DNA of 64,000 bases. It comes from Mobula hypostoma. Taxonomy: Eukaryota. Shown here piece by piece: positions 36,653 to 49,714 of this stretch. Location of the stretch: the NCBI RefSeq assembly GCF_963921235.1, contig NC_086097.1, positions 116,376,001 through 116,440,000 of the forward strand, given 5' to 3'. Position numbers and translations under genes: made by a program. Positions within the stretch are counted from its first letter, which is position 1; each line of letters opens with the position of its first letter. Below the pieces are notes generated by a model. That model made no database searches. It was not told where the DNA came from and was given only the letters and a program-made list of their open reading frames with translations.

Positions 36653-39600
36653 TATTATGTTGGTGTTAACGCCAGAAACTAACTGAAAGAAAAAACACAG
36701 GAACTGGGATTTGTCTACTTAATTTTTCTTTTCCTTTATTTTATTTAGGCACTCACGCACGACATGGTGGCATAATGACTTTTGCCATTCACGTACTTTT
36801 ACATAATGAATTATGTAAACAAACAAGGAATGCTTAATCAAACAATATATTTACAATATTACTCAAATATTACTGACATATTAAATACACAACACTCTTT
36901 TCTCCTTAACAATAAACTCCAGCACAATATAGAGTGTGTCACAACTGAAATATGTAGTGTATTACTCTCCAGTCATTTTATATATACCATATAAATCAAC
37001 AGCTACACAGACGTTCACAGCAGAATAAATTTTAAATTGTCCCATTCAGGCCAAAAGATTTCATTGCTGTGGAGGGTTTCTTACCTTTGTGGTTTTCATC
37101 TTTCCTGACAAAGGGGATCACTCTGTTTGGTGGGTGAGGCTTGCAGCTGTGAATCAATCTAACAATCTCAAGTTCTGGGGCCTCTTCCATGTTGGTGGTA
37201 GGAGCAATCAAGCCTACAGTATATTTGATTACCCGTATCTGTAGTCCCTCTCCAGCACTGCTGATCCAGGAGTGAAATATCAAACTGCCTTTGTTTCAGC
37301 TGTTTGTCCTGCATTCTCCTTCTGAGATTGTGCTGGAGGTGATCCAAGTGTAATTGCAAGGGACGACCCAGGTACAGCTTTGCTGCTGAGTTTTCGGTTG
37401 TGAAGTGTGCTGCGTTGTGATATGCAAAGAGGAAATTGGCATTCTTCTGATTCAGTGCAGTGTGTTCTACTGACATTATTCACAGTGTCTTCTTTAGACG
37501 CTGGACAAATCTTTCTGCCGAGTCATTTACAGCTGGCTGGTCTTGTGCAGATGGAATATGTCCCATTGCATTCATTTTCAGGAATGACTGAAACCGTTCT
37601 GCAACAAACGGTGGTTCATTGTCACTGACTAAGTGCTCTGGAACACCAGTCCTTGAGGAGAGGTTTCTCAACACATCAAGTGAACCTGTAGTGAAAGCTA
37701 TTGTGAAAATTTGCAGCTGCATCCACTACTACCAGGAAATCTGTGCCTATGAATGGTCCGATAAAATCAACATTAATACTCTGCCAGGGCAATGCAGGCT
37801 ATTCCTAGGGATGGGGAGGCACTGCTCTTGGCATCTTCTGGACACGTTGGCATCCCGGACAGTGCATGGCAAGCTGCTCGATCTGCTGATCTATCCCAGG
37901 TCACTAGACAAAGCTTCAAGTCAATGCTTTCATTTTGACCATATCTTGATAGTTGGCATGTAGTTCCTCCAACACATTTGCACTCAGCTTGGATAGTGCA
38001 ATAACTCTCAATCCCCACATATGGCAACCCCTATCAAGGCCAAGGTCATCTTGGCACTTAATAAAATGGAGGAGCTGGAGTACCTGTTGCACACTTCAGC
38101 CATTTAGAATCAGTGTTGGGCCCTTTCTGTTTTCCATTTGGATCATCACTGCTGTAACAGGGAGACATTTGAATTGAATTAGGGAGAATACAAGAGGGCT
38201 GACCTCTTTTGTAAATTTTTCAGGTATTTCCTTTTCCAAGGGTAAATGGGACAACCCCTCAGCACTTCCACGACTATTTGTCCTCTCGAATTTGATCTTG
38301 TGATTGTGTCCTCCAAGAAACTATACCCACCTCTGCATTTGGGATGCTGCTGTTAGTGGAACACTATTCTGTGGATTGAAAATGGACACCAGTGGTGATG
38401 ATGTGTAGTGGGGGGAAACTCTCTCCCATCCAAATATTGGTTGAAATGTTTTACATCCCAAACCATAATCAGGACCTCTCTGCCTATCTCTATGTAATTT
38501 TACTCTACAGCGGTAAGGGAACATGATACAAAGGCTATACCATAGGCAAGACATCACAGGCAAGCTTCACTGAATGACATGGACCATAATGCATGAGTAC
38601 AGTGTGAGTAATGTGTCTGCTGGCCCTCCTGTTTCCTTAACCACATACAAGCCTAATGTGGCTTGTTGGTTGTTGTATTTCACTGTTACAAATGTCATTC
38701 CCACGGAAATTATCTTTTCTCTGTTAGAAGTTCTTAGTTGGATATTTGCAGGTTTCAGCTCGGTGTCTTTGAAATACTGTTCAAACTCATTTCATGTAAT
38801 GACTGAAACAGCCGAGGCAGCATCCAATTCCATTTTAATTAATGTGCCATTCACTGCTGGTGTAAGCCCTATTGCCTGTCTCCTGTTAGTTTACACATTG
38901 TAAATATTAACACACTACTCTGTCCTGTGTCACTCTCATCATTATCAGTTTTTTTTTCATCAATAGCATGCAGATTAGTTCTCTTTTTCAATCTGCAGCT
39001 TGAGTGTTTATCTTTTTCTCTTCCTTATTCAGTCCATTTGTTTTTGTCTGCCTGACATGCTCTTTGTATGTATCCTATTTTGTGGCATTTTCTGCAAGTT
39101 TTGTTTATAAACCTACATTGGTCTGATGTATATGAACCACTTTCAGAACAGTTGCACAGTTTGCTCGGCTAGGCAAGTTTCTGTTTAGATATTGCAATTT
39201 TGGTCACATTCACTTTCATTCCTGACTGCAACTCAATTGTTTCTCTGGCTGCTGTTTCCATTGATACAGTGTTTTCAACTGCTCTTGTAATTGTGCATTG
39301 TGCTTCAGTTATGAATAACTTCTGAGTGTTTTCTTGGATGGTTCCACAAACTAAACAATCTTTCAGTTCATCATTAAACTTACCACTGAACTGACAATGC
39401 TCGGATAATTCGTTCAATACAGTTATGTAAGCAGAAATGGATTCCCCTTCCTTTTGATTCCATTTCTGAAGCCTGAAGCATTCTACAATCAACAATGTTC
39501 TTGGCTCTAAATGTTCCTGCATTGCATTCAAAATATCAACCAAGGTCATTTTGACTGGTTTGGTTGCAGCAGTTAAATTTCTAAACAAACTGTATGCTTT

Positions 39601-40150
39601 TCCACCCATTGCACTCAGTAATAGTGTTTTTCATCAGGTATTTAATTTGCTTCAAAATACTATGTTTGTTCAGTATACATCATCCAGATATCTGTTGTGC
39701 AATTGAATGTGTGCATCTTTCTGAAGTCGCCAGCTATTTTTGCTCCTTTTTATTATTGTTGTTATTATCATCTGGTACTCACCGTTTATGAATCTGTGGC
39801 CATACTCATTGTTTGTTAACTTAGTCCATTTTCTGCCTTTTTTAAAACTTAACATCTCTGTCCACATTCGAAGAAAAATGTGCTGTTCCTCAACAGGTAG
39901 GTAGCCATCTTGGGCTCATTTTAAAACTTTCTCATCACCACAGTTATGTTTTGCAACCCTTGAAACCAGTTGAAAGAAAAACACGGGAGCTGGGTTACTT
40001 TTCCTTTTTTGTTAGAGGTGCTCACATATGACATAGTGATATAATGATGAATGCCATTCACATACTTCTTACATATAACTCTTCATGAATTATATTAACA
40101 AACAACATATTTACAATATTACTCAAATATTAATAAAATATTAAATAGAC
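36653..40150 (-). mobile_element. Old degraded Ty3/Gypsy LTR element with both LTRs (~36653-36893 and ~39942-40150)
   Basis: Direct repeats at both ends; minus-strand PBS-like TGGTGATGAG and PPT TTAAGGAGAAAGAG; gag (AYSL.RNL..ERFR-like..QKEGESISAY..L..LSEHCQF) and integrase (LVSDN.P.F..E.FQSFL; AERFVQ.LK) remnants; RT not detected. Confidence 0.85.
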
Positions 40151-40729
40151 TCCAGATGCGAGCATGGATTGAGTTGCCAGCATAGCATTTAAAGTAAGTT
40201 TGAATTGGTGGGGTTTGGAGAGATCTGATCTGGATACAGATGATAGGACAAGGCAAAATACCAAGTTAGCATAGACTGATGGGCTGAAAGATTTGAATAG
40301 GAGTCACCAGGTCCTTTGCTGAAGCCTAAAATCATCACAGCCATTAGAGTAGCCACCAAGTAAAATGACAGTTAAGTCAGGAGCAAGAATGCATACTGTA
40401 GTCACTTGCTTACAAACATTTGGCTGGGAAACATTATGAAACTTTGCAAATTACCAAGAAGTCGCTTGGTAATATTTTCTGGAGAAGACTCAAGTAATTA
40501 GACAGTAAGCACAGTTAGAGCATTTCTCATCAGCATTCTTAAAGAAAAAGGCTTAGAAATACCTCCTTGCAGCTTTTAGAAGCATTACTTTGAATATGCA
40601 ATGATCGTGAGTCAGTCAATATGATTAAAATATTGGGCTCCAAAATCTATGTGGTCATCTTTACTAAGCTAAAGGATAACTATAGAAAAACAAACATCAT
40701 AACTGCCAAGACATCACTTATCTGCTCTT

Positions 40730-41020
40730 GTTTAGTGATACAGTGTGGAGTAGACCTTTTTGGCCCTTTGAGCCACAAAGCTTCAGCAACCACCAACAAA
40801 CCTGATTAACCTTAACCTAATCATGGAACAACTTACAATGACCAGCTAACCTAGCCGGTTTGTCTTTGGACTGTGGGAGGAAACCAGAGGACCCGGAGAA
40901 AACCCATGAATTCCACAGGGAGGATGTACAGAGACTCCTTACAGAATGCCTCAGGAATAAACTCCGAAATCTGAAATGCCCTGAGCTGTAAATAGTGTTG
41001 CACTAACTGCTATGCTACCA
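40730..41020 (-). mobile_element. HE1/V-SINE-type SINE
   Basis: TCTTTGGACTGTGGGAGGAAACCAGAGGACCCGGAGAAAACCCA. Confidence 0.75.
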
Positions 41021-42134
41021 AAGAGCCCTCACACTTATTGCAGGGTTATTGCAACTATTGAGGTACATAAGAAGAAGATGATAACATCAAATATACAGAA
41101 ATAGGTGGCTTGTTAAATTAGCTTGTTCCAGGAAACCACCAAGCTTAATTCCTGTAATATATCTTGTAGCAGTAGGTACTGTAAGTAGATAATGCAGGTT
41201 TCCAAAACAAGGTTGAAGCAAAGTGACTCATCACATTATATATTCACATCTTCTTCACATTACTTTCAGTGAAGATTGGGAAATTAGCAGAATCATTATG
41301 TTCATTTGAAATTCTGCATCCACATTGCCACCAATGATAATTAAGGATTAGTTCAAAAACTATGTCCAATCAGTTCTAAAATCAAGTGTAAAGGATAGAA
41401 CTCCTCAATAACAACCTGGAAAGCAATGATGTTTCATGAACTTGATGCTCTCTCTGCTAGCTCCTTGTATTCAATGATATTGATATTGATTTTCTGACTT
41501 GCATCCATCTTCCAATTCAAGAACTGCAGTGAAAATTAAGGCAAACTGCAGATGCTGGAAATCTAAAATTAGACAGAAAATGCTGGAAATACTCAAAAGG
41601 TCAGACCTGAAATGTTAACTCTGTTACTCTCCCAATAATTACAGTGTCACATTTTCTGTGTTTTTTTTAAACTTGTGATATACTAATTATGTTCAACATA
41701 AATACATCCAGTAGCCACTTTATTAGGTATAGAAAGTACCTAATAAAGAGGCCACTGAGTGTACTTCTGCATGTTCATGGCTTTCTGCTGCTGCAGCCCA
41801 TCTACTTGAATGTTTGTTGCATTGTGCATTCAGAGATGCTCTTCTGCACACATGGCTATTTGATTTATTGTTGCCTTCCTGTCAGCTTAAACTGGTCTGG
41901 CCATTCTCCTCAGAGCTCTTTCATTAGCAAGCCATTTTTGCCCACAGAATACCCACTCACTGGATATCTTTTTTTGCACCATTCTCTGTAAACTCTAGAG
42001 ACTGCTGTGCATGAAAATCCCAGGACAACAACAATTGATGAGATTTTCAAACTACCACATCTGGCAGCAAGAATCATTCCATAGTCAAAGTCACTTAGAT
42101 CACATTTCTTTTCCACTCTAAACATGCTAAAGTC

Positions 42135-45100
42135 TATAGATGCTGGAAATCCAAAGTAACACACACAAAATGCTGGAGGAACTCAGCAGGTCAGGCAGCA
42201 TGTATGGAAATTAATAGATAGTCAATGTTTTGGGCTGAGGCCCTTTTTCAGATTTGAGAAGGAAGCGGGGTAAATGTCAAAATCAAAAGGTCAGAGGGAG
42301 GAGAAGAAGGCTAGGTGGAAGGTGAAGCCAAGTGGGTGAGAAAGGTCAAGAGATAGAAATGAAGGAAACTGATAGGACAGGAGAGTGGACCATAGGAGAA
42401 AGGGAAGGAGGAGGGGACCCGGGGGAAGTAATAGAAGAGGTAAAAGATCAGGTGGGGAGTAGAGGAAATGGAGGGGGAAAATTGTTTATCAGAAGGAGAA
42501 ATCGATATTCATGCCACCAGTTTGGAGGTTATCAAGATGGAATATGAGTTGTTGCTCCTCCATCCTGATGGTGGCCTCACCTTGACACAAGAGGAGGCCA
42601 TGGATCAATATGTTAGCAGGGGAATGGAATTGACATTAAAATATTTGGCTGCCAGGAAGTCCCGCATGAGGCGGATGCTTGCGGAGGTGCTTGATGAATC
42701 AGCCCCCCAATTTATGACTCATCTCACCCACGTAGAGGAGGCTGCATTGGTAGCACCAGACAGTCTAGACGACCCCAGCAGATTCGCAGGTAAAGTGTTG
42801 CCTCACTTGGAAGGCCCGGAATAGAGGTAAGAGAGAACGGACGTGGTCAGATGTAACACCTGGGCTGCTTGCAAGTGTAAGCTCCTGGAAGGTGATTAGT
42901 GGGGAGGGACAAATGGACAAGAGAATTATGGAAGAAGCGATGGCTGTGGAAAGTGGGGCTGGGGGGGAGGCAAAGGTATTTTTAGTGGTAGGACCCTTTG
43001 GAGGTGACAGAATTTGCGGAGGCTGATGGGGTGACCGGTAAGGACAAAAGGAACTCTATCACTATTAAGGTGGTGGAAAGATGGAGTGAGCATGGATTTA
43101 CGGGAAATGGATGAGATGCGGGTGAGGGAAGCATCAATAGTGGAGGGATGGAAACACCATTCTTTAAAAAAGGAGGACATCTCTGATGTCCTGGAACAGA
43201 AAGCTGCATCCTGGGGACAGGTGTGGTGGAGGCAAAGAAACGGAGATAAGGGTGTCATGGTCCAGTCCGTGAAGTCCGCATTCCGGTTCACGGTCTGGTC
43301 CGCGCACTCAGGACTCCAGGTCTTCCAGCTGTCCCTTGTTTTGGTTGAGTTAATCATAGGCACCTGATTCCCATCTTGGGGCGTGGAATATAAGTAGCCT
43401 TGGGGACGACTGTGGGCTGCTGGTTTGTCTTGTCAAGATCCCCTGGGAGTAACCTACTGGTAGAAGGCTAGAGCAGCCACTTGCCATCTTTAGGCCGCGA
43501 TGGGAACCATCCCCTCATGGAGCCTTGCTGTTAGTAGTCGGAGTTGTCTTTGTGGTATGCATTCGGCCATTTCCCGGGCCAGCTGAGTGGCCATCAGCCA
43601 CTCCGAGCTAGGTAGGGATCTGACTGTTTCGTAGCCAGCCGAGGTTGCTGGCCATAACTGCTACTCTGAGCAACCCCAATGCAGAGATGGAACTGTCTGT
43701 TGTTCTTTGTTGTTTGTCTCTTCTTGTCTTCGCCTCCGTGGGTAAGTCAGGCTGCTCTGCCGTTGCCCTGCGGTGGGATCTGTCTTGTCTTGTCTTTGCC
43801 TATGTTGTGTAAGTCCAGCCATTCTGTTGTTACCCAACAGATGGTCCTGTCCCACCTTGGTCTGGAGAAGAAGTTGAGTCCTGGCTTGTTTAAGTATAAG
43901 TCCCGGCTCTATGTCTATGTACTGTCCTGTTCCATGTTGGTGTCGTGTTAAAGATGAGTCCCAGCCTTTTGAAGGGTAAGTCCCAGCTCTATGTTGATGT
44001 ACAGTTCCCAGTCTATCTCTGAGCTCCAGCCTCTGAGTTATCAGCCTCTGCATTCCAAGCCTCAAGACCCCAGCCTGTCTCCAACGTCAAGCCTCAAGAC
44101 CAAGACTCCAGCCTCAGTCTTGCTGTAGTCATGTCATGTCCTTGCCTGGTTCTAGGGCCCAAGCCCGAGGCAATACCCAGGTTCTGGGTACTTGTCCAGT
44201 CTCTGACTCAGAGCCCAAGCCCAGGCTCCTAGTACATAGTTCCTTGTCTGGGTTCCCTGTCTTGTCCATGTCCTAGCTCAAGTCTGCGTTCTTGTCCCTG
44301 CTCTTTGTCTGCAACCTGCCACGTCCCTACTCTTGTCAAGTCCTGTTCCTAGTACTTCAGTGTCTGTGTCTTGCATTTGGGCCCATTCCCAAAGCCCCCA
44401 TTGTGACAAAGGGATTGGCGTTCTTACAGGAGATAATTTGGGAAGATGTATATTTGAAATAACCGTAGGAATCAGTAGGTTGAAAAATGATGTTTATTGA
44501 TAGTTTGTCTTTATCTCTGGAGACCGAGAGATTGAGAAAGGGGAGGGAGGTGTAAGAGATGGACCAAGTGAATTTAAGGTCAGGGCAGAAGGTAGAGACA
44601 AAGTTGATAAAACTGACAAACTCAGCATGGGGTCATGAAGTAATGCACATGCAGTTGTCAGTGTAGTGGAGGAAGAGTTGGGGAGTATAACTGGGTAAGT
44701 CTTCAAACATGGATTGTTCTATGTAGCTATCAAAGAGGCAGGCATAGTTGGGGTCCATGAGAGTGCTCATGGCTAACCCTTGACGTCAGAGAAAGTGGGA
44801 GGAATTGCAGGAAAAATTGTTGAGGGTGAGGACCTGTTGTGCCAGATGGGGGGGGGTGGTGGTGAAAAGGGATTAGTTGGTTCTTTTGTCAGAAAGAAGT
44901 GGAAAGCTTTGTGGCCTTCTTGATGGAGATAGAAGTGTATAGGGACTGAAGATCCATGGTGAAGAGGAGGATGTCAGGGCCAGTTACTGAGAAGATCGAG
45001 GGCAGGAGAAGTGTTGCAGATGAAGGTGGGAAAGAACGGAACCAAGAAGGATAGAATGCAAGTGAGATATGAGGATATGAGTCCAGTGGGGCAGAAACAG

Positions 45101-45210
45101 GCAGAGACAGTAGGTCCTCCTGGACAGCTGGGTTTGTGGATCTTGGCTAGGAAGTGGAAGCGAGCATTGTGCTAAGGAAACTATGAGAGCATTGCAGGGT
45201 AAGGGAACTA
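42135..45210 (-). mobile_element. Degraded Penelope-like element (RT, GIY-YIG and pLTR remnants)
   Basis: pLTR end at 42135-42250; SEMSSFFK..F..STID..L.RIS and G.AM.T.M.P RT-motif remnants. Confidence 0.85.
43253..44408 (+). mobile_element. Solo LTR (1156 bp), Gypsy-type
   Basis: TGTCA...TGACA termini and perfect 5-bp TSD AAGGG (43248-43252 and 44409-44413); start TGTCATGGTCC shared with the LTR at 11651. Confidence 0.92.
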
Positions 45211-45335
45211 TGAACTTCTCCATTCTGATGTTTGGTCTGAATAACAACTGAACCTCTTGACCATGTCTGCATGCTTCTATACATTCAGTTGTTGCCAGAT
45301 GATTGGCTGATTAGAAAATTATATTAACAAGCAGG

Positions 45336-46585
45336 ACTTAGGCAGATTGAGAGAATAGGCAACAAGTAGCAGATGGAATATAGTGTCAGGAAGTGCATGA
45401 CCATGCACTTTGGTAGAAGGAATAAAGGTGTGGACTACTTTCTAAATGGGGAGAAAATTCTAAAGTCAGAGATGAAAATGGACTTCAGAGTTCTTGTGCA
45501 AGCTTCCCCAAAGGTTAACTTGAAGGTTGAGTTAGTGGTAAGGAAGGTAAGTGCAATGTTAGCACTTATTTCAAAAGGCCTAGAACAGAAAAGTAAGGAT
45601 GTAATGCTGACGTTTTATAAAGCACTGGTCAGACTGTACTTGGAGTACTGTGGTGTCAGTACCTCCAGCTGAACTCTGTCTTTTTGTGGGTTTCCCCCTA
45701 GTTGTCAGTCTGCGGTTTTGTATTGCCATGTGCTCTTGTTTGTTTTCATGCCCCATGTGCTCCTGTCCCCTCTCCTGCTCTGCTCCAGCCCCTGTATCAC
45801 TGAGTACTCAGTCCTTCATTTGTTTCTTCCCAGATTGTGCCAGTGAGTTTTCCTGGTCCTTTCCAGCATTTGTATCTGAACTCTGTCCATCTGAATATCG
45901 TCTCTGCCTGCTTCCCGATTCTTCTTTGGAATTTTTGATCTCCGCCTGAACTTTAACATTGACTTTGTTGCCCCCTCCCTGGATTTGCTACTCAGTAGAT
46001 ATTATAGTGCGCACAGTACATGGTCTGCGATTGGGTCCCTGCTTCAGCATCCTGACATGTGGTTAGTTTTGGGCCCCTTACCTAAAAGGTAAGGCATTGG
46101 AGAGGGTCCAGAGGAGGTTCCTGAGACTGATCCCAGGAATGAAAGAGTTAACATATGAACACCGTTTAATGGCTCTGGACCTATACTCACTGGAGTTCAA
46201 AAGAACGTGGGGGAGAGGGAGATCATTGAACCGGAACAAATATTGAAAGGCCTTGATAGAGTGGATAGAGAGGATATTTCCTAGAGTGGGGAAGACTAAG
46301 ACTAGAAAGCACAGCCTCAGAATAGAGTGACATCATTTAGAAAAGAGATGAGGAAAACTATCTTTAGCCTGAGAGTGGTGAACCTGTGGCATTCATTGCC
46401 ACAGACAGCTGTGCAGGCCAAGTCATTGAGTATATTTAAAGTTGAGTTTGATCGGTTCTTGATTAGTAAGGGTGTTTTGCAGGCAAAAGAATGAAATTGG
46501 AAGGGATAATAAAGCATCCAGGATGGAATGGCAGAATGGACTCGATGGGCCAAATGGCTTAATTCTGCTCCTATATCTTATGATT
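45336..46585 (+). mobile_element. Degraded CR1 3' part
   Basis: MEYSV.KC..MHFGRRN, YKALVRL.LEYC, ERVQRRF, RVVNLW. Confidence 0.85.
45654..46057 (+). mobile_element. Solo LTR (404 bp)
   Basis: TGTCAG...CTGACA termini and perfect 5-bp TSD TGTGG (45649-45653 and 46058-46062). Confidence 0.92.
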
Positions 46586-48049
46586 TAATGAAGTGGCCAC
46601 TGAGTGTATGTTCTTTCAGTATGAACATTGCTGGAATGGAAGTATTTTCTATTCATCCTTGGTTTTCCTGCACATATTAACCCAAAGTCATTGTATTTAA
46701 AAGATATCAATTAAGTTTAGTCACTTTCCTTCCCTGATGTATACTACTGAAAAAGTTGACCTTGCAACCCTTTATTATTGTTGATGGCATTTCCTATACT
46801 GACCTGTAAATGGTGAGATTTACTTCATTCTGTCTTATTCCTTGACACAGTAGGTTTGTGACCTCTAGTCCTCTGGTAACATAATAACGTACCTAAAAGG
46901 TCTTTCAAAATTAGGCACAATTTTAACAAATTCATACTCTTTTTGAATTAAAAACACAATTCCTGGTACACTCCAGGAACTCGTTAGCAAACTGCAGGAC
47001 GCTTCCTGCCCTCTCCAATTTCTCTTATTCTCTCAGAACATTTCTCTTCAATACTACACTATACTCCATTTTGGTGTCTATCTTCCATTGGAAATCTATC
47101 GTGTACTTTCTAAACTCTTAAGTCTGTCATGTCTTATTATTTTACATAGGTAATCAATAGTTTGGGAACACAGGACAATTTCTTTCATAAGCTAAATGGT
47201 TGTTGATTAATTTACTGACAGTAAAATGGTCCTAAAATTTGTGGTTAACAACTGTTTTATCAGTAACAGAAATTAAACTGATCTGTCCATATCCTCATTT
47301 TAGATATCTAAAATTTACTTTATTGTGGCTAAACTTAAACAGGAAAATTTGGCAGGTCCTCTTTTATAATATTTCATGGCCTGACTTCACTTATGGTGAT
47401 ACATTGGTTATCCAGTATTGGTTTCAGTAGTTTCAGTGGAATCGAAATTCAGAAATGGAGTTAAATGCACATAGAAAAACAAATATTGTGCATTTAGCGC
47501 ATGCAACAGAGGGTGAAATTCCCTCTCCTTTTAACAGAAGTTTAGCTTTGTTGCCTAGCTGCGCATATCATCCGTCCCATGCTTTCCCTGGATTGGTGGT
47601 GCTATATGAACTGCCATGCCTCCCCTAATACTTTTTCCCTAACTTCCTGGCATTGCTCCTCCGAAACAACTTTGAGACTCTTCAGCCTGTCTCAAGCATC
47701 ACCCTCAGTCTCTTGCTAAGTGTTATTTCCCATCTATTTCCTCTAAGGGACAGGGGAATCTTGGGGTTTGGGATGGCTCCAAAGATGCTAACAAATTTCA
47801 ACAGATGTACTGTGTAGAATATTGTAAATCCTGTAGAGTCCACAGCATCAAGGATATATTCAAAATGTGATGCCTCAAAAAGACGTATAGCATTCTGGAC
47901 CTCCATCACCCAGTCACCCGGTACAAATTCATATTTCTTACTTTAATTTACAGTATTTTATCTGTATTGCACCGTATTACTGCTGCAAAACCACAGATTT
48001 CATTACACACCATATGTCAGAGATATTAAACCTGATTCTGATTCTGAAA

Positions 48050-49320
48050 TCCATAGATCTCTCAAATTTGCTGTGCAAGTTGATAGGGTGATTAAGAGGG
48101 CATATGGTGTACTGGACTTCATTAGGTGGGAGATAAACTTCAAGAGCTGTGAGGTAATGTTGCAGCCTTATAAAACTCTGGTTGGATCACACAGAGTATT
48201 ATGTTCAGTTCTGGTCGCCTCACTATATTGTAAGTAGGATGTGGAAATTTCAGAGATCAAAGATTTACCAGGATGCTTACGGCATTAGAGAGCATGTCTA
48301 ATGAGGAAGGGTTAAGTGGGCTAGGAAAATGATAAAGGTATATAAGTGTAATTCCCTGTTCATATTTTCTGTTATGCTGTATGTATTTCATTTTGTGCTG
48401 TTCTGTGAGAGCTGCTTGTTTTCAGCTTGTTTGGGTTATTGCTGAAGATCAGAGATGAGGAGAAATGTGTGCCCTCCAATTAGGATGGTCGGATTGAAGG
48501 GGCGGTTTTCTCTGGTGAGGGAGACTAAAGTTGGACTTGGAACTTTTGTTTGAGAGCAGATGAGGAGAAGTCGCTGGGGAGAACCGGTCGTAGCATACGA
48601 TCCAGTGGGAGACCTGTTCATTTGAACTATGTTCTGAAGGTGGTGTGTGTTTTCACGTTGACCAAGGGCCCAGTGCGTGAGTGACAGAGAAGTTCAATAT
48701 GAGCTCCAACTTGTGCACATTTGTCTGTTTAATTAGAATGGGCCCTTTCTTTTTGTTATTCTTTACTAATCCATTAGTTAAGATTCATAAATATAATTCC
48801 TTTAATTGTATGCAGTGTACTATCTGTTATTTCATGGCATTAGATTGTAACAGGGCAGCAAACGACACAGCATCCACACAAACCGGGGTTTGGACTGGGA
48901 TCGAGCGCGCCTCAAGCTCTCGTTTGGCAGGGCCGGAGGTGTCTTCCCTGGACTTGTGCAGCCAAGGAAACCAGGAGGTTTCATAAGATTATAAGGTACA
49001 TAGATAGAGTAGGCAGCCAGCACCATTTTCCAAGGGAATTAACATCAGCACCAGAGGAAATCTGTTTAAGGTGAGTCATGGAAAGCTTAAGAGAGATGTC
49101 AGAGGTAGGTTTTTCACACAGAGTAGTAAACAGATGCAATGCACTGCTGGGGTTTGTGATAGAGATATTTAAATAGGCACGTAAATGTAAGGAAAAAGGA
49201 AGGTTATAGGCTATGTAGGAGGGAAGGGTTAGATTGATCATGGAGTTGATTATTTAAATCAGAATAACATCATGGGCAGAAAGGCTGCACTCTGCTGTAC
49301 TGCTCTTTGTTCTATGTTTC
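48050..49320 (+). mobile_element. Degraded CR1 3' part
   Basis: VMLQ.YKTLV, QFWSPHY, FFTQRVV; (CTATGTT) tail. Confidence 0.8.
48347..48983. mobile_element. Solo LTR (637 bp)
   Basis: TGTAA...TTTCA termini and 4-bp TSD TAAG (48343-48346 and 48984-48987); interrupts the CR1 KVYK/IIR junction. Confidence 0.8.
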
Positions 49321-49714
49321 ACTTTATCATTAAAAGATGAACAGTAACTTTGAGGATGGGTGGGAAATAAATATCCCACTTTGTTAAAATACAGTGCTCT
49401 ATTTCACCATGAGTTGTTTTTCTCAGCCAAAATGATACTTTGTGTGTGGCCAAATTGAAATTAGATTAAGCTGCTTTGCCAATGTTTCCTCAAACTAGGC
49501 TCCACAATGATGGAGACTCAGTCCAACCTCTGCTCGGACAACCCATCCATTAACCTTTGGAGCTGGCTTCTGGGAAGTTCTAATGAGTGATGCCATTTAA
49601 ATTCTAATTGCAAATTTTGTATACTGAAGCACAACAAGGCTGGGGTACTGAGAACTCTCATAAAAATTAAGCAATAAAAATTAGCAATTAGCAAAAATAT
49701 TCTGTGGATATGTA

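Larger units (their letters stand above)
41705..46608 (-). mobile_element. Tc1-like element expanded by nested PLE, CR1 and solo LTR insertions
   Basis: Tc1 pieces at 41705-42120, 45215-45335 and 46586-46608 (TIR AAGTGGCCACTGAGTG plus TA) are colinear with 13944-14365. Confidence 0.75.
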
